Source: an uncultured Desulfobacteraceae bacterium
GTDB lineage: Bacteria > Desulfobacterota > Desulfobacteria > Desulfobacterales > CAZHA01
Reading direction: 5' to 3'
DNA: 55,174 nt
Assembly: GCA_964572695.1 (NCBI GenBank)
Contig: CAZNFS010000001.1
Location: 1 to 55,174 of the forward strand
Made by a program: the position numbers and the translations under genes
In this document: one piece after another, positions 38,539 through 48,151 of the stretch
Layout of the letters: the number at the start of each line of letters is the position of its first letter
Position numbering within the stretch: the stretch's first letter is position 1
Notes under the pieces: model-generated
The model's database searches: none
Told to the model about the DNA's origin: nothing
Seen by the model: only the letters and a program-made list of their open reading frames with translations

Positions 38539-40271
38539 TTGATTCTGGTTTCCGATGCACTGGCAAATAATTTTTCCTCAGAAGTTCGAGGCGAAATGTT
38601 CATATAGGTTAAGCTTTCCTGGGCAATTTTACGAAAAGCCGGTGCTGCTACGGTTCCGCCGTAATATTTCCCCTGGGGTTCATCAATTACAACTACGATA
38701 ACGATTTCAGGATTCTCCTGCGGCACAAATCCGATAAATGAAGACATGTATTTGCCCTTGGCATACATGCCTCTCTCATCGGTTTTTTGGGCGGTGCCCG
38801 TTTTTCCGCAGACGGTGAACCCTTCCATGGCGGCCCTGACGCCCGTTCCCCCCTCTTGAGTGACCGCATGCATCATTTTTTTAACCTTACGGGCTGTATC
38901 AATTGAAATAACCCGCCGTACCTTGAGGGGCTCAATTCGTTTCAGGGGTTTTCCATTCTGATCGGTAACGACCTGGACAATGTAAGGCTTCATGAGAACA
39001 CCGTCATTGGCAATGGTCGCCGTTGCGGCGGCCAGCTGGACCGCCGAGACCGATATGGCCTGGCCGAACGCGATGGCACCGGCGTCGATTTTTGACCATT
39101 GCCTATAGTGGGCCAAACTCCCCTGCGTCTCCCCGGGACAGTCGATTTCGGTCTTCAAACCAAACCCGAAACTGCGAAATGCATCATAGAGGATTTTGGG
39201 TCCGATACGCTCGCTGACTTTAACCGCACCGATGTTACTCGAATATTTTACAATTTGGTGCAAGGTCAGCTTTGCATGCGGTTTGGTATCGTGAATAAAA
39301 TTTTTACCAATTCGATAGCGACCGTTTTCGCAAAAAAAGACGGTCATGGGGGTAACGATTCCTGATTCGATGGCCGCTGCAGTCGTAAATACCTTCAGGG
39401 TAGAGCCGGGTTCAAACGGATCGGTGATGGCCCTGTTACGCCAGCGTTCGCGGTCAAAAGATTGAAAGGCGTTGGGATTGAAGCGAGGATAATGGGCCAA
39501 GGCCAGGATTGCGCCTGTTTGGGGTGTCATTACAACCGCCAGGCCTGATTTGGCGGCATATTTTTCGACGGTCTCTTCGAGGGTATTTTCGGTTATATAT
39601 TGAATGGTGCGATCAAGCGTAAGAATGATATTGTGACCGCTATAGTTGGGGAGCAATTTTTTCTCAAGGTCAAATCCCCGACCCAAGGCATCTGTTAATA
39701 CCTTAAATTTGGTTGCCCGACCTTTAAGAAATATATCATAGTAAAACTCGACTCCTTCGAGTCCATGACCATCAATCCCGGTAAACCCGATAATCTGAGC
39801 CGCCAGGGTCTTGTTTGGATAGAAACGCGAATGTTCCGGTATGAAATCGACACTGGAGAGATTCAATTTCCGAACAGCGTTAATCTCTCTGGGCGTGACC
39901 TGTCTTTTAATCCATTCAAACGATCTGGGCGAGCCAATTTTTTGTTTTAAAACCAAACGGTTCAATTGCAGTGCTTTTGAGAGATTTCTTATGGTGGCCG
40001 TTTTGTCGACAATATTACGGGGATAGATCCCGATAGATTTGGCATCAATGGTGATGGCCATCTCAACATGATGCCGATCGTATATGGTCCCTCGCTTGCC
40101 CTGTGAAGTTTCCGATCTTTCGTACTGATCGGCTGCTTTCTGTGACAGCATGGAGCTACGAAAAACCTGCAGGGCAACCGCTCTAGCCCCGATGATGACG
40201 AAAAAAAGACTGAACAAACCGCCGATGATTAAGATACGTAATCCGATTCTTTGATTTTTTTCAGGGTTCAT
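38535..40271 (-). CDS. ftsI: Penicillin-binding protein 3-type transpeptidase FtsI
   Basis: N-terminal TM helix. SxxK (STLK), SxN (SSN) and KTG (KTGT) motifs. ATGA overlaps on both sides. Confidence 0.9.
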   Translation of the reverse strand: MNPEKNQRIGLRILIIGGLFSLFFVIIGARAVALQVFRSSMLSQKAADQYERSETSQGKRGTIYDRHHVEMAITIDAKSIGIYPRNIVDKTATIRNLSKALQLNRLVLKQKIGSPRSFEWIKRQVTPREINAVRKLNLSSVDFIPEHSRFYPNKTLAAQIIGFTGIDGHGLEGVEFYYDIFLKGRATKFKVLTDALGRGFDLEKKLLPNYSGHNIILTLDRTIQYITENTLEETVEKYAAKSGLAVVMTPQTGAILALAHYPRFNPNAFQSFDRERWRNRAITDPFEPGSTLKVFTTAAAIESGIVTPMTVFFCENGRYRIGKNFIHDTKPHAKLTLHQIVKYSSNIGAVKVSERIGPKILYDAFRSFGFGLKTEIDCPGETQGSLAHYRQWSKIDAGAIAFGQAISVSAVQLAAATATIANDGVLMKPYIVQVVTDQNGKPLKRIEPLKVRRVISIDTARKVKKMMHAVTQEGGTGVRAAMEGFTVCGKTGTAQKTDERGMYAKGKYMSSFIGFVPQENPEIVIVVVIDEPQGKYYGGTVAAPAFRKIAQESLTYMNISPRTSEEKLFASASETRIK

Positions 40272-40564
40272 TGAATTACAATCAACTGCCCGGGTCTTGG
40301 CATGGTCAAATCGAGTTGCTCTTTGGCGATTTGAATCATGCGGTGAGGCGATTTCAAACGTGCCAACTCAATCGTCAGGTTATTTTGCCGAGCCAAAAGG
40401 ATTTGATGGTTTTGAGCCGTCTTGGATATTTCGTATCCGGTACGCACAAATTCGACTCGGCACCAGGTGTAAAAAAAGAGCTCGCCAATTAAACAAATCA
40501 TTAAAAATATCCATGTTCCGGTGGCTTTTGACTGTTTTTGACGCTTTGGCTTCTTTCTTGGCAT
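40268..40564 (-). CDS. ftsL: Cell division protein FtsL-like (small bitopic coiled-coil protein)
   Basis: 98 aa, basic N-terminus, one TM helix (WIFLMICLIGELFFYTWC). Located between rsmH and ftsI. Confidence 0.7.
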   Translation of the reverse strand: MPRKKPKRQKQSKATGTWIFLMICLIGELFFYTWCRVEFVRTGYEISKTAQNHQILLARQNNLTIELARLKSPHRMIQIAKEQLDLTMPRPGQLIVIQ

Positions 40565-40614
40565 CGGTTTTACTCAACATCAGAGGTCTTGGCCGGCGGC
40601 CGGCAGTTCTCTTC

Positions 40615-41559
40615 TTATGCTGCGATTTTTTCGATTACCCGCAGTTTAGCGCTTCGGGCCATGGGATTGAATTGTATTTCTTCTTTTTTGGGCCGAATTG
40701 CTTTTGGGGTTAAGATCGAGGCCATCTGTTTTTTATTGCAAATACACTTCGGAAAATCCGGAGGGCAGATACAATCCATCTTTAGTTGCTTCATGCGATG
40801 TTTGACAATTCGGTCCTCAAGTGAATGAAACGACAAAACACACAGCCGTCCATTGCGTTTTAAAAGTTGAATCACGGTTTTCATAAATAAATCGAGATAC
40901 TCGAGTTCGCGGTTGACGGCAATTCTGAGTGCCATAAATACCCGCGTGGCCGGATGAATCCTATGATGAGCATTTTTTTTCTTTGGAATTGCCGCACTAA
41001 CGATCTCCGCTAATTGTTTGCTCGAATGAATCGGTCGATTTTTGCGAATTTTTACAATTTTACGGGCAATTGGCCTCGCCCATCGTTCTTCTCCAAAGGT
41101 TTTCAGCGTCTTAGCAAGTTTCGATTCGTCCCAGGTATTAACTATCTCTTCAGCCTTAAGGGACGTTCGAACATCCATGCGCATATCGAGCGGTTCATTT
41201 TTGTCGAAGCTGAAGCCACGGCGACTGTGTGTAATCTGATTCAGAGATAAGCCCAGATCGAGGAGGATTCCGTCGGCCGCCGCAATATCCAGTTTTGAAA
41301 GAATAGGTGCCAGATGAATAAAATTGTCGTGGAAAAGACGAATATTAGAGGCATAGGGCTTAAGCGCCTCCAGGGCGTTATCAAGGGCTGCTTTATCTTG
41401 GTCTATCCCTATCAACATTCCGCCGGGAGCAATTTTTTGACAAATGGCCTTGGCATGACCGGCGCCACCCAGGGTACAATCAACATAGGTCTTCCCGGGG
41501 CTGCAGTTCAAATATTCAAGCACTTCGTCAAGCATTGCGGGAGTATGCTGATAGAGCAT
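40615..41559 (-). CDS. rsmH: 16S rRNA (cytosine1402-N4)-methyltransferase
   Basis: VDCTLGGAGHA, LLDLGLS and SFHSLEDR motifs of MraW/RsmH. Confidence 0.95.
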   Translation of the reverse strand: MLYQHTPAMLDEVLEYLNCSPGKTYVDCTLGGAGHAKAICQKIAPGGMLIGIDQDKAALDNALEALKPYASNIRLFHDNFIHLAPILSKLDIAAADGILLDLGLSLNQITHSRRGFSFDKNEPLDMRMDVRTSLKAEEIVNTWDESKLAKTLKTFGEERWARPIARKIVKIRKNRPIHSSKQLAEIVSAAIPKKKNAHHRIHPATRVFMALRIAVNRELEYLDLFMKTVIQLLKRNGRLCVLSFHSLEDRIVKHRMKQLKMDCICPPDFPKCICNKKQMASILTPKAIRPKKEEIQFNPMARSAKLRVIEKIAA

Positions 41560-41563
41560 AAGA

Positions 41564-42010
41564 TTATAATCCTAATTGGGCAATTTCGTTACGGACCTCC
41601 TCATTTTGCATATCTTTTTCAAGTGTGATATTTTCCTGTTCCCATTTCGTGCGAGACCAAATCTCGAAATGGTCCAAAACGCCAACCAGAACAATTTCGC
41701 GCGTTAATTCAGCGTATTGCCTCAGGGTTGGCGGAATCAAAATGCGGTCCTGCTTATCACATGAACATTCAAAGGCGCCCCCGATAAAGACACGTCTAAA
41801 GCGACGCATGCCCGGACTTTTCTCAGCCAGGGTCAAAATTTTTGATTCAATTTTATGCCATTCGCCAGGCAAATAGGCCACAAGGGCTGTATCCATTTTT
41901 GAAATCATGAGTCCATTGCCGTCACCGCTCCGAATAACATCACGGAACCGGGCCGGAATGATGATTCGCCCTTTGGCATCTATGGTATGAAATGAGCTTC
42001 CTCGAAACAT
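41564..42010 (-). CDS. mraZ: Transcriptional regulator MraZ
   Basis: Two SpoVT/AbrB-like repeats (IDAKGRIIIPARFR, DKQDRILIPPTLR), 148 aa. First gene of the dcw cluster. Confidence 0.95.
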   Translation of the reverse strand: MFRGSSFHTIDAKGRIIIPARFRDVIRSGDGNGLMISKMDTALVAYLPGEWHKIESKILTLAEKSPGMRRFRRVFIGGAFECSCDKQDRILIPPTLRQYAELTREIVLVGVLDHFEIWSRTKWEQENITLEKDMQNEEVRNEIAQLGL

Positions 42011-42024
42011 TTTCGTTCACAATC

Positions 42025-42044
42025 ATCCACTTTAATCCACTTTA
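42025..42044 (-). promoter_or_regulatory. Candidate MraZ operator: perfect 10-bp tandem repeat (minus strand TAAAGTGGAT x2)
   Basis: Plus strand atccacttta atccacttta. It lies 15-34 nt upstream of the mraZ ATG, just downstream of the candidate -10. Confidence 0.5.
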
Positions 42045-42049
42045 AAGCA

Positions 42050-42078
42050 ATAAAAGTACATTTTTGAAGAAGTGTCAA
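42050..42078 (-). promoter_or_regulatory. Candidate sigma70 promoter of the dcw cluster (Pmra)
   Basis: On the minus strand: TTGACA - 17 nt - TTTTAT. Confidence 0.4.
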
Positions 42079-42167
42079 GAAAAAAAATACAAGATTACAT
42101 ATTTTTCATAATAATTAGCAGACGTTAAAAGAATGAGCGGGGGGGGAAAAAATAGGAGATGATCTGT

Positions 42168-43169
42168 TTAGCCTGTAAAGCCGTTTGGATGGTGCCGGTG
42201 CCATTCCCAGGCGGTTTCGATAATCGCGAGAAGGTCCGGGAATTTAGGCTGCCAACCCAATTGACGTCTGATTTTGGTGCTTGAACCGACCAAAACTGCG
42301 GGATCTCCGGAACGGCGGGGTGAATTTTGGATGGGGATCGGTTTCCCCGTTACGCGCCGGGCGGTTTGGATGACTTGCCGCACCGAATAGCCGTTCTCAT
42401 TGCCGAGATTATATGCGCCTCCGCGAGCACCGCTTAAAAGGTGTTCCAAGGCCAGTAAATGGGCTTGGGCAAGATCGTTGATATGAATATAATCACGGAT
42501 ACAGGTTCCGTCTTCAGTGTCATAATCATCACCGAAAATCGGTACGCTTTTTTTGAGCCCCAGAGCTGTTTGAAGCACCAGTGGAATGAGGTGGGTTTCA
42601 GGGCGATGATCCTCGCCCAGCTCTCCGTCGGGATCCGCCCCGGCGGCATTAAAATAGCGTAGCGATATCGATTCAAATCCGTAGGCCGGTCGAAGGTCAT
42701 TCAACACCTGTTCGACCATCAATTTGGTCCGGCCGTAGGGGTTAATCGGGTTTTGAGGATGGGTTTCACTGATCGGGATTTCAAGCGGTTCTCCGTATGT
42801 GGCACAGGAAGACGAGAAGATGAAATTGGAGATTTTTGCTTCCACCATCAAATTGAGCAAATTTATGGTATGGGCCACATTGTTGCGATAATAGATACGC
42901 GGATTTTCAACCGATTCACCCACATAGCAAAATGCGGCAAAATGCATCACCGCATCGATGTGATAAGTGGCAAAAATCTGCTTCAGAATCGCCCCGTCAG
43001 CCATGGAGCCTTCCACAAAAGATCCCCATTTAAGCGCTGCTTTGTGTCCCCGCGCCAGATTGTCCAAGACCACGGGATGATAGCCTTTTTGGGCCAGCAA
43101 CTTGCACATGTGGGCGCCGATGTAACCGGCACCTCCGACTACCAGGATGCAATTTTTTTTACGTTTCAT
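42168..43169 (-). CDS. galE: UDP-glucose 4-epimerase
   Basis: GGAGYIGAH Rossmann motif and the YGRTK catalytic region, 333 aa. Confidence 0.9.
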   Translation of the reverse strand: MKRKKNCILVVGGAGYIGAHMCKLLAQKGYHPVVLDNLARGHKAALKWGSFVEGSMADGAILKQIFATYHIDAVMHFAAFCYVGESVENPRIYYRNNVAHTINLLNLMVEAKISNFIFSSSCATYGEPLEIPISETHPQNPINPYGRTKLMVEQVLNDLRPAYGFESISLRYFNAAGADPDGELGEDHRPETHLIPLVLQTALGLKKSVPIFGDDYDTEDGTCIRDYIHINDLAQAHLLALEHLLSGARGGAYNLGNENGYSVRQVIQTARRVTGKPIPIQNSPRRSGDPAVLVGSSTKIRRQLGWQPKFPDLLAIIETAWEWHRHHPNGFTG

Positions 43170-43184
43170 GGGTCCCTATCTGCT

Positions 43185-44165
43185 TTAGTGGTCAGTCCCA
43201 AAAGGGCGGGCATCGCGAGTCGTCCCAAGGATGTTATCAAAATAGGCAATGGTTTTCTCAAGGCCTTCGGTTAGCGAAACTTGCGGTTTCCAATCGACCA
43301 CGCGCGACGCCAGGGAAATATCCGGCTGACGTTGTCTGGGATCATCCTGGGGGAGAGGTTTAAAGACGATTTCGGACTTGCTGGCGGTGAGATCCATTAC
43401 TTTTTGGGCCAGTTCCAGGATTGTGAATTCATTCGGGTTGCCCAGATTCATGGGACCCGTAATTTCATCCGAAGTGTCCATCAGTTGCACCAGGCCTTCA
43501 ATTAAATCATCCACATAGCAAAAAGAGCGCGTTTGCGAGCCGTCTCCGAACACGGTAATCGGTTTCCCCGTCAAGGCCTGAACAAAGAAATTTGATACAA
43601 CGCGGCCGTCGTCGGGGTGCATATGGGGGCCGTAGGTGTTAAAGATGCGGGCGACTTTTATTTTGAGTCCATGCTGATTGTGATAATCGAATAACAGCGT
43701 TTCCGCGCAGCGTTTGCCTTCGTCATAGCACGCGCGCGGACCGATGGGATTTACATTTCCGCGGTAGGATTCGGGCTGGGGGTGAATTTCCGGATCACCA
43801 TATACTTCCGAAGTGGAGGCCTGAAGAATTTTGGCCTTGCAGCGTTTGGCGATTCCCAGCATGTTGATGATGCCGTGGACGGTGGTTTTAGTCGTTTGGA
43901 CCGGATCGAACTGGTAGTGAACCGGGGATGCCGGACAGGCGAGGTTATAAATTTCATCGGTCTCCACGTACACCGGCCAGGTTATGTCGTGGCGGTACAG
44001 TTCAAAAAAGGGATTCCCGAGCAAATGCAGAATATTATGCTTGCTGCCGGTATAAAAATTATCCATACACAACACATCACAGTCTTCACTGAGCAGACGC
44101 TCACAAAGGTGTGATCCGATAAATCCGGCGCCCCCCGTCACGATGACCCGCTTGTGTGATTGCAT
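43185..44165 (-). CDS. UDP-glucuronate decarboxylase (UDP-xylose synthase)-type SDR
   Basis: [16 protein letters not shown], the YDEGKR catalytic motif and [13 protein letters not shown], all typical of the UXS family. Confidence 0.8.
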   Translation of the reverse strand: MQSHKRVIVTGGAGFIGSHLCERLLSEDCDVLCMDNFYTGSKHNILHLLGNPFFELYRHDITWPVYVETDEIYNLACPASPVHYQFDPVQTTKTTVHGIINMLGIAKRCKAKILQASTSEVYGDPEIHPQPESYRGNVNPIGPRACYDEGKRCAETLLFDYHNQHGLKIKVARIFNTYGPHMHPDDGRVVSNFFVQALTGKPITVFGDGSQTRSFCYVDDLIEGLVQLMDTSDEITGPMNLGNPNEFTILELAQKVMDLTASKSEIVFKPLPQDDPRQRQPDISLASRVVDWKPQVSLTEGLEKTIAYFDNILGTTRDARPFGTDH

Positions 44166-44369
44166 TTAAAATCCTTTTTCCCGAGTGAAACGCCGGGAAT
44201 ACTTGCAGATAAGCTCGAATTTAGCTATATGATTGCGATTGACATTGTTAGAACCAATTGCATTAAAGACAATCGGCAGTAAATTTTTAAAATAAAATCG
44301 GAATCATGTCAAGTTGAAGGGACGCTTTTAATGCAGCCGCGTGAGTTTTTTTAGGTTTAGGTAATTTAA

Positions 44370-45503
44370 ATGAAAGCAAGAAAAATTATTTTAGCCATTT
44401 TTACAATTTGCTTTAGTTTGCTATTTATCACAACGATAAGTGAAATCTTGCTTCGCGTATTGCCGATCCTGGGTGTTCAATTTAACGTGCTAAAATACGA
44501 CAATCTTGTGGGATGGGGACTTTATCCTAATTCTACTCAAACTTATCGCAGCGATCGAGGAGCTTATGTCAAGCGCAAGGTTAACCGATGGGGCTATTTG
44601 GATAAAGACCATCAAAAAAATAAACCCGAAGGCGCCTATAGAATCGGCTTTTTTGGAGATTCATTTGTGGAAGCAATGCAGGTGCCTCTGCAACAGACTT
44701 ATTTTAGAATTATCGAGAATCGGCTCAAAAACTATGAAGTTGAGTGCCTGGCGTTTGGTCATAATGGATTCAGTTCCTTCCAGTCATATCTTAACAGCGG
44801 CAGGTGGTCGGGATTTTTCGATATTGATCTGATCGTCTATGTTTTTGTTGAAAACGATCTAGGGGATCAGATCAGAGAAATCAACCAAGCAGCGGGTATC
44901 CCCTATCCAGTCCTTACCGACCGGGGATTGCAGAGTGACGATTCATTTAGAGCAAAATTTAGTTATAAGAAAACTCTAGCTTTCAGGATATACGATTATT
45001 TGAGCGCCCATTCGTTATTGCTTTCGACCATTATCGAACGAGGAAAACTTCTGATGCGATACGGCATAAAAATCAAGGCAACCTCGCAAGATAAGATGAT
45101 GGCTACAACGGTCAAAAATAAATTAAAAATAAGATCAACCGATTTGCCCTCCAGTTGGCCCGAAGCCTTGAGAATATATGCACAAGACCTGGGCCGGGCA
45201 GTTATTTTAAAATGGAGAAATGAAACCGTAGCCCGCCAGCGCAAGTTTGCGATTTTATACGTTCCCCGTGAAGGTGAGTTTGAAAAGAAAACCGAAGATC
45301 AGGACTCGTGGAAGGCCTGGTTAGAGTCGCTCTGTGAGACACATCATATAACGCTTATCGATCCGGTGCCTGGCCTGTTAAGCGTAGTACATTCCGGCAG
45401 GGAAGTGTTTTATGATCATTATACACAGGATGGCCATAAGGCGGTGGCCGAAACATTCGTGCATTGGTTTGTGAAAAACCTTGCTCAAACAACAGCGGGA
45501 TAG
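44370..45503 (+). CDS. Membrane-anchored SGNH-like protein, AlgX/AlgJ-type (paralogue 1)
   Basis: N-terminal TM helix. NRWGYLDKD, block I YRIGFFGDSFVEAMQ, block III VENDLGD, C-terminal DHYTQDGHKAVA. Confidence 0.65.
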   Translation: MKARKIILAIFTICFSLLFITTISEILLRVLPILGVQFNVLKYDNLVGWGLYPNSTQTYRSDRGAYVKRKVNRWGYLDKDHQKNKPEGAYRIGFFGDSFVEAMQVPLQQTYFRIIENRLKNYEVECLAFGHNGFSSFQSYLNSGRWSGFFDIDLIVYVFVENDLGDQIREINQAAGIPYPVLTDRGLQSDDSFRAKFSYKKTLAFRIYDYLSAHSLLLSTIIERGKLLMRYGIKIKATSQDKMMATTVKNKLKIRSTDLPSSWPEALRIYAQDLGRAVILKWRNETVARQRKFAILYVPREGEFEKKTEDQDSWKAWLESLCETHHITLIDPVPGLLSVVHSGREVFYDHYTQDGHKAVAETFVHWFVKNLAQTTAG

Positions 45504-45666
45504 ATACACAGCACCGCAATCACAAAAACAAACATATTCGGGAAAAGATAAAAATAGGTGGACAATTTTTGAGGCGTATATGAAAAGGGATAATTAAACA
45601 ATAAGCGGCCCATATTACAGGCCCAATTGTATAAAAGGCATGAAAAAGGTGTAAAATAATAAGATC

Positions 45667-45694
45667 TTGACTATTTTACAGATTTGCTTAATTT
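45667..45694 (+). promoter_or_regulatory. Candidate sigma70 promoter upstream of the carbamoyltransferase gene
   Basis: TTGACT - 16 nt - TAATTT, about 75 nt upstream of the ATG at 45768. Confidence 0.35.
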
Positions 45695-45767
45695 AGCAAT
45701 CCATAGTACATAGCTTGTATATGCTTATAACCCCATCAGGTTAATTTTTCAAATATAGATATATTCC

Positions 45768-47582
45768 ATGTTTATACTTGGCATTTCCTGCTTCTACCAC
45801 GACAGCGCGGCATGCATGATCAGGGACGGCAAAATATTGGCCGCCGCCCAGGAAGAAAGATTCTCACGTAAAAAACACGACCCCAGGTTCCCCCAAAACG
45901 CCATCCGATACTGTTTAAAGGAGACAGGCATCACGGTAGATGAACTCGATTATGTAGTTTATTATGACAAACCGTTTCTAACCTTTGAACGCCTGTTGAT
46001 GAGCTATTTGACGGTTGCCCCGAAAGGCCTGCGTTCATGGCTGGAAGCCATGCCGCTTTGGCTGGGACAAAAACTGTTTATACCCAAGGTGATTCAACGT
46101 AAGCTTGGCTACGAAGGCGAAATTCTTTTCACCGAGCACCACGAAGCCCATGCGGCTTCGGCATTTTATCCCTCGCCGTTTGATGAAGCCGCCATCTTAA
46201 CCCTTGACGGTGTCGGCGAATGGGCCACCGCAAGTTATGGTTTGGGGAAGGGAAAAACGCTCACACTGCTAAAAGAGCTCCATTTCCCGGATTCTTTAGG
46301 GCTGCTTTATTCGGCCTTTACGTATTTTACCGGCTTTCGGGTCAATTCGGGTGAGTACAAACTCATGGGATTAGCCCCCTACGGGAGCCCGAAGTATATA
46401 GATCTCATTTTTTCGGAACTGGTGGACCTGAAGGAAGACGGCTCCATTCGATTAAACTTGAAGTACTTTGATTTTCTGGGCGGATTGCGAATGACCAACC
46501 GCCGTTTTGCAAAACTCTTCGGCGGCCCGGCGCGCAAACCCGAAACTGAAATTTCGCAAAGAGAGATGGACATGGCGGCCAGCATTCAAGCGGTCACCGA
46601 ACGGGTTGTCATGCGTATGGCTGAGCATATCCAGCGAACCACAAACCAGAAATACCTGTGTCTGGCGGGCGGTGTGGCCCTCAACTGCGTTGCCAACGGC
46701 CGTATCCTGCGTGAAGGTCCATTTGAGGATATATGGATACAACCGGCGGCCGGTGATGCCGGTGGTGCCCTAGGCGCGGCGCTGTCTGTCTGGCACCGCT
46801 ATTTGGGAAATGAGCGATCAAAGCCCGCGGGTGCCGACAGTCAGCAAGGATCTTATTTGGGGCCCTCCTTTTCGAATGACAGGGTGCAGTCCTTTTTGGA
46901 AAAGAATGGCTATGCCTGGCATCGACTCGAACAGGAGGAGCGGGCCGGCACGATTGCCGATCAAATTGCAGCAGGAAAAATCGTCGGCTATATGACCGGG
47001 CGTATGGAATTCGGGCCGAGGGCTTTGGGGGCCAGAAGCATTTTGGGTGATCCGCGCAGCAAAGACACTCAGACGGTCATGAACCTAAAGATAAAATACC
47101 GCGAATCTTTCAGGCCTTTTGCACCATCCGTATTAGAAGAGAAGGCCTTTGAGCATTTTGATGCCGATCGACCAAGCCCCTATATGCTTCTGGTGGCATC
47201 GGTAAAGGAGGAAAAGCGGCTACCGCAGCCGGACGCGGATAAAATTAGCATGTTAGAGCGTCTTAAGGTCAAACGCAGCGATATCCCGGCGGTAACGCAT
47301 CTTGATTACTCCGCACGATTGCAGACCGTAAACAAGGACACCAAACCGGACTATCACGCCATCATTTCTGAATTTGAAAATCTGACCGGCTGCAGTGTCA
47401 TTGTCAATACAAGCTTTAATGTGCGAGGCGAACCGATCATCTGCACCCCGGAGGATGCCTACCGCTGTTTTATGCGCACAGAGATGGATGTGCTTGTGAT
47501 GGAAGACCTTATTTTATATAAAGAAGAACAACCACCTTGGGAAGAAGGGGAAGCGTGGCGAGATGAACTCGAGCTCGACTAA
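45768..47582 (+). CDS. Carbamoyltransferase (NodU/CmcH family)
   Basis: N-terminal ILGISCFYHDSAACMIRDGKILAAAQEERFSRKKHD and C-terminal NTSFNVRGEPI, 604 aa. Confidence 0.9.
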   Translation: MFILGISCFYHDSAACMIRDGKILAAAQEERFSRKKHDPRFPQNAIRYCLKETGITVDELDYVVYYDKPFLTFERLLMSYLTVAPKGLRSWLEAMPLWLGQKLFIPKVIQRKLGYEGEILFTEHHEAHAASAFYPSPFDEAAILTLDGVGEWATASYGLGKGKTLTLLKELHFPDSLGLLYSAFTYFTGFRVNSGEYKLMGLAPYGSPKYIDLIFSELVDLKEDGSIRLNLKYFDFLGGLRMTNRRFAKLFGGPARKPETEISQREMDMAASIQAVTERVVMRMAEHIQRTTNQKYLCLAGGVALNCVANGRILREGPFEDIWIQPAAGDAGGALGAALSVWHRYLGNERSKPAGADSQQGSYLGPSFSNDRVQSFLEKNGYAWHRLEQEERAGTIADQIAAGKIVGYMTGRMEFGPRALGARSILGDPRSKDTQTVMNLKIKYRESFRPFAPSVLEEKAFEHFDADRPSPYMLLVASVKEEKRLPQPDADKISMLERLKVKRSDIPAVTHLDYSARLQTVNKDTKPDYHAIISEFENLTGCSVIVNTSFNVRGEPIICTPEDAYRCFMRTEMDVLVMEDLILYKEEQPPWEEGEAWRDELELD

Positions 47583-47964
47583 GATCCGCGAAATCCGGAA
47601 GTTCGGATTCGTGGCGCTTGTTTTTTTCGGAATATTGTGTACCTTAGGAGTTTGGCGTCAAAAACCGCTTCCAAGCGTTATTTTTGGTTTACTGACGCTT
47701 ACGGGGCTTGGATTTATTTTTATCCCTGTGCGATTGAGCCCCGTGCATGCCGCCTGGCTGAAAATAGCCCATTTTATCGGCAATGTCGTAACGCTCTTTA
47801 TGCTCACGATCGCATACTATCTTGTCATGGTTCCGACGGCTATGATCAAACGGATATTTGGGGGAGCCCCCCTGCCGATCAGGCCGGATAAAGAGGCTTC
47901 ATCCTACTGGGTTGACCGGACTGAAAGCGCTCAACCAAAGGAACGGTTCTCAAAAAGATTTTAG
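47563..47964 (+). CDS. SxtJ-family small membrane protein
   Basis: 133 aa, overlaps the carbamoyltransferase end by 20 nt. It has hydrophobic helices and a ...YWVDRTE... tail. The call rests on position in the conserved carbamoyltransferase-SxtJ-DUF5989 arrangement plus recollected family features. Confidence 0.65.
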   Translation: MNSSSTKIREIRKFGFVALVFFGILCTLGVWRQKPLPSVIFGLLTLTGLGFIFIPVRLSPVHAAWLKIAHFIGNVVTLFMLTIAYYLVMVPTAMIKRIFGGAPLPIRPDKEASSYWVDRTESAQPKERFSKRF

Positions 47965-47974
47965 GGAGAAATTA

Positions 47975-48133
47975 ATGGCGAAACAAACTATTGTGGGAGA
48001 ATTCTGGGAATTTCTGAAATTCCGAAAACGCTACTGGCTTCTCCCCATCGTGCTCGTGCTTTTTATGCTTGGGGCGCTTATCTTTTTTACGGAAGGGAGT
48101 GCTGTCGCTCCATTTATTTATGCTCTCTTTTAA
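47975..48133 (+). CDS. DUF5989 (SxtK-like) small membrane protein, 52 aa
   Basis: RBS AGGGAG. MAKQTIVGEFWEFLKFRKRYWLLPIVLVLFMLGALIFFTEGSAVAPFIYALF matches the EFWEFLK..KK.WLLPI...GSAVAPFIY pattern I recall for this family. It is below the ORF-track length cutoff when correctly started. Confidence 0.7.
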   Translation: MAKQTIVGEFWEFLKFRKRYWLLPIVLVLFMLGALIFFTEGSAVAPFIYALF

Positions 48134-48151
48134 ATAGGGGAAGGTGAGACT

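Noticed and set aside
42139-42146. A G8 tract lies between the galE stop and the dcw promoter and was considered as a phase-variation site.
   Set aside because: It lies about 60 nt upstream of the candidate -35 and is not within a promoter spacer, RBS or CDS. There is no obvious mechanism, so it is only mentioned under the MraZ finding.
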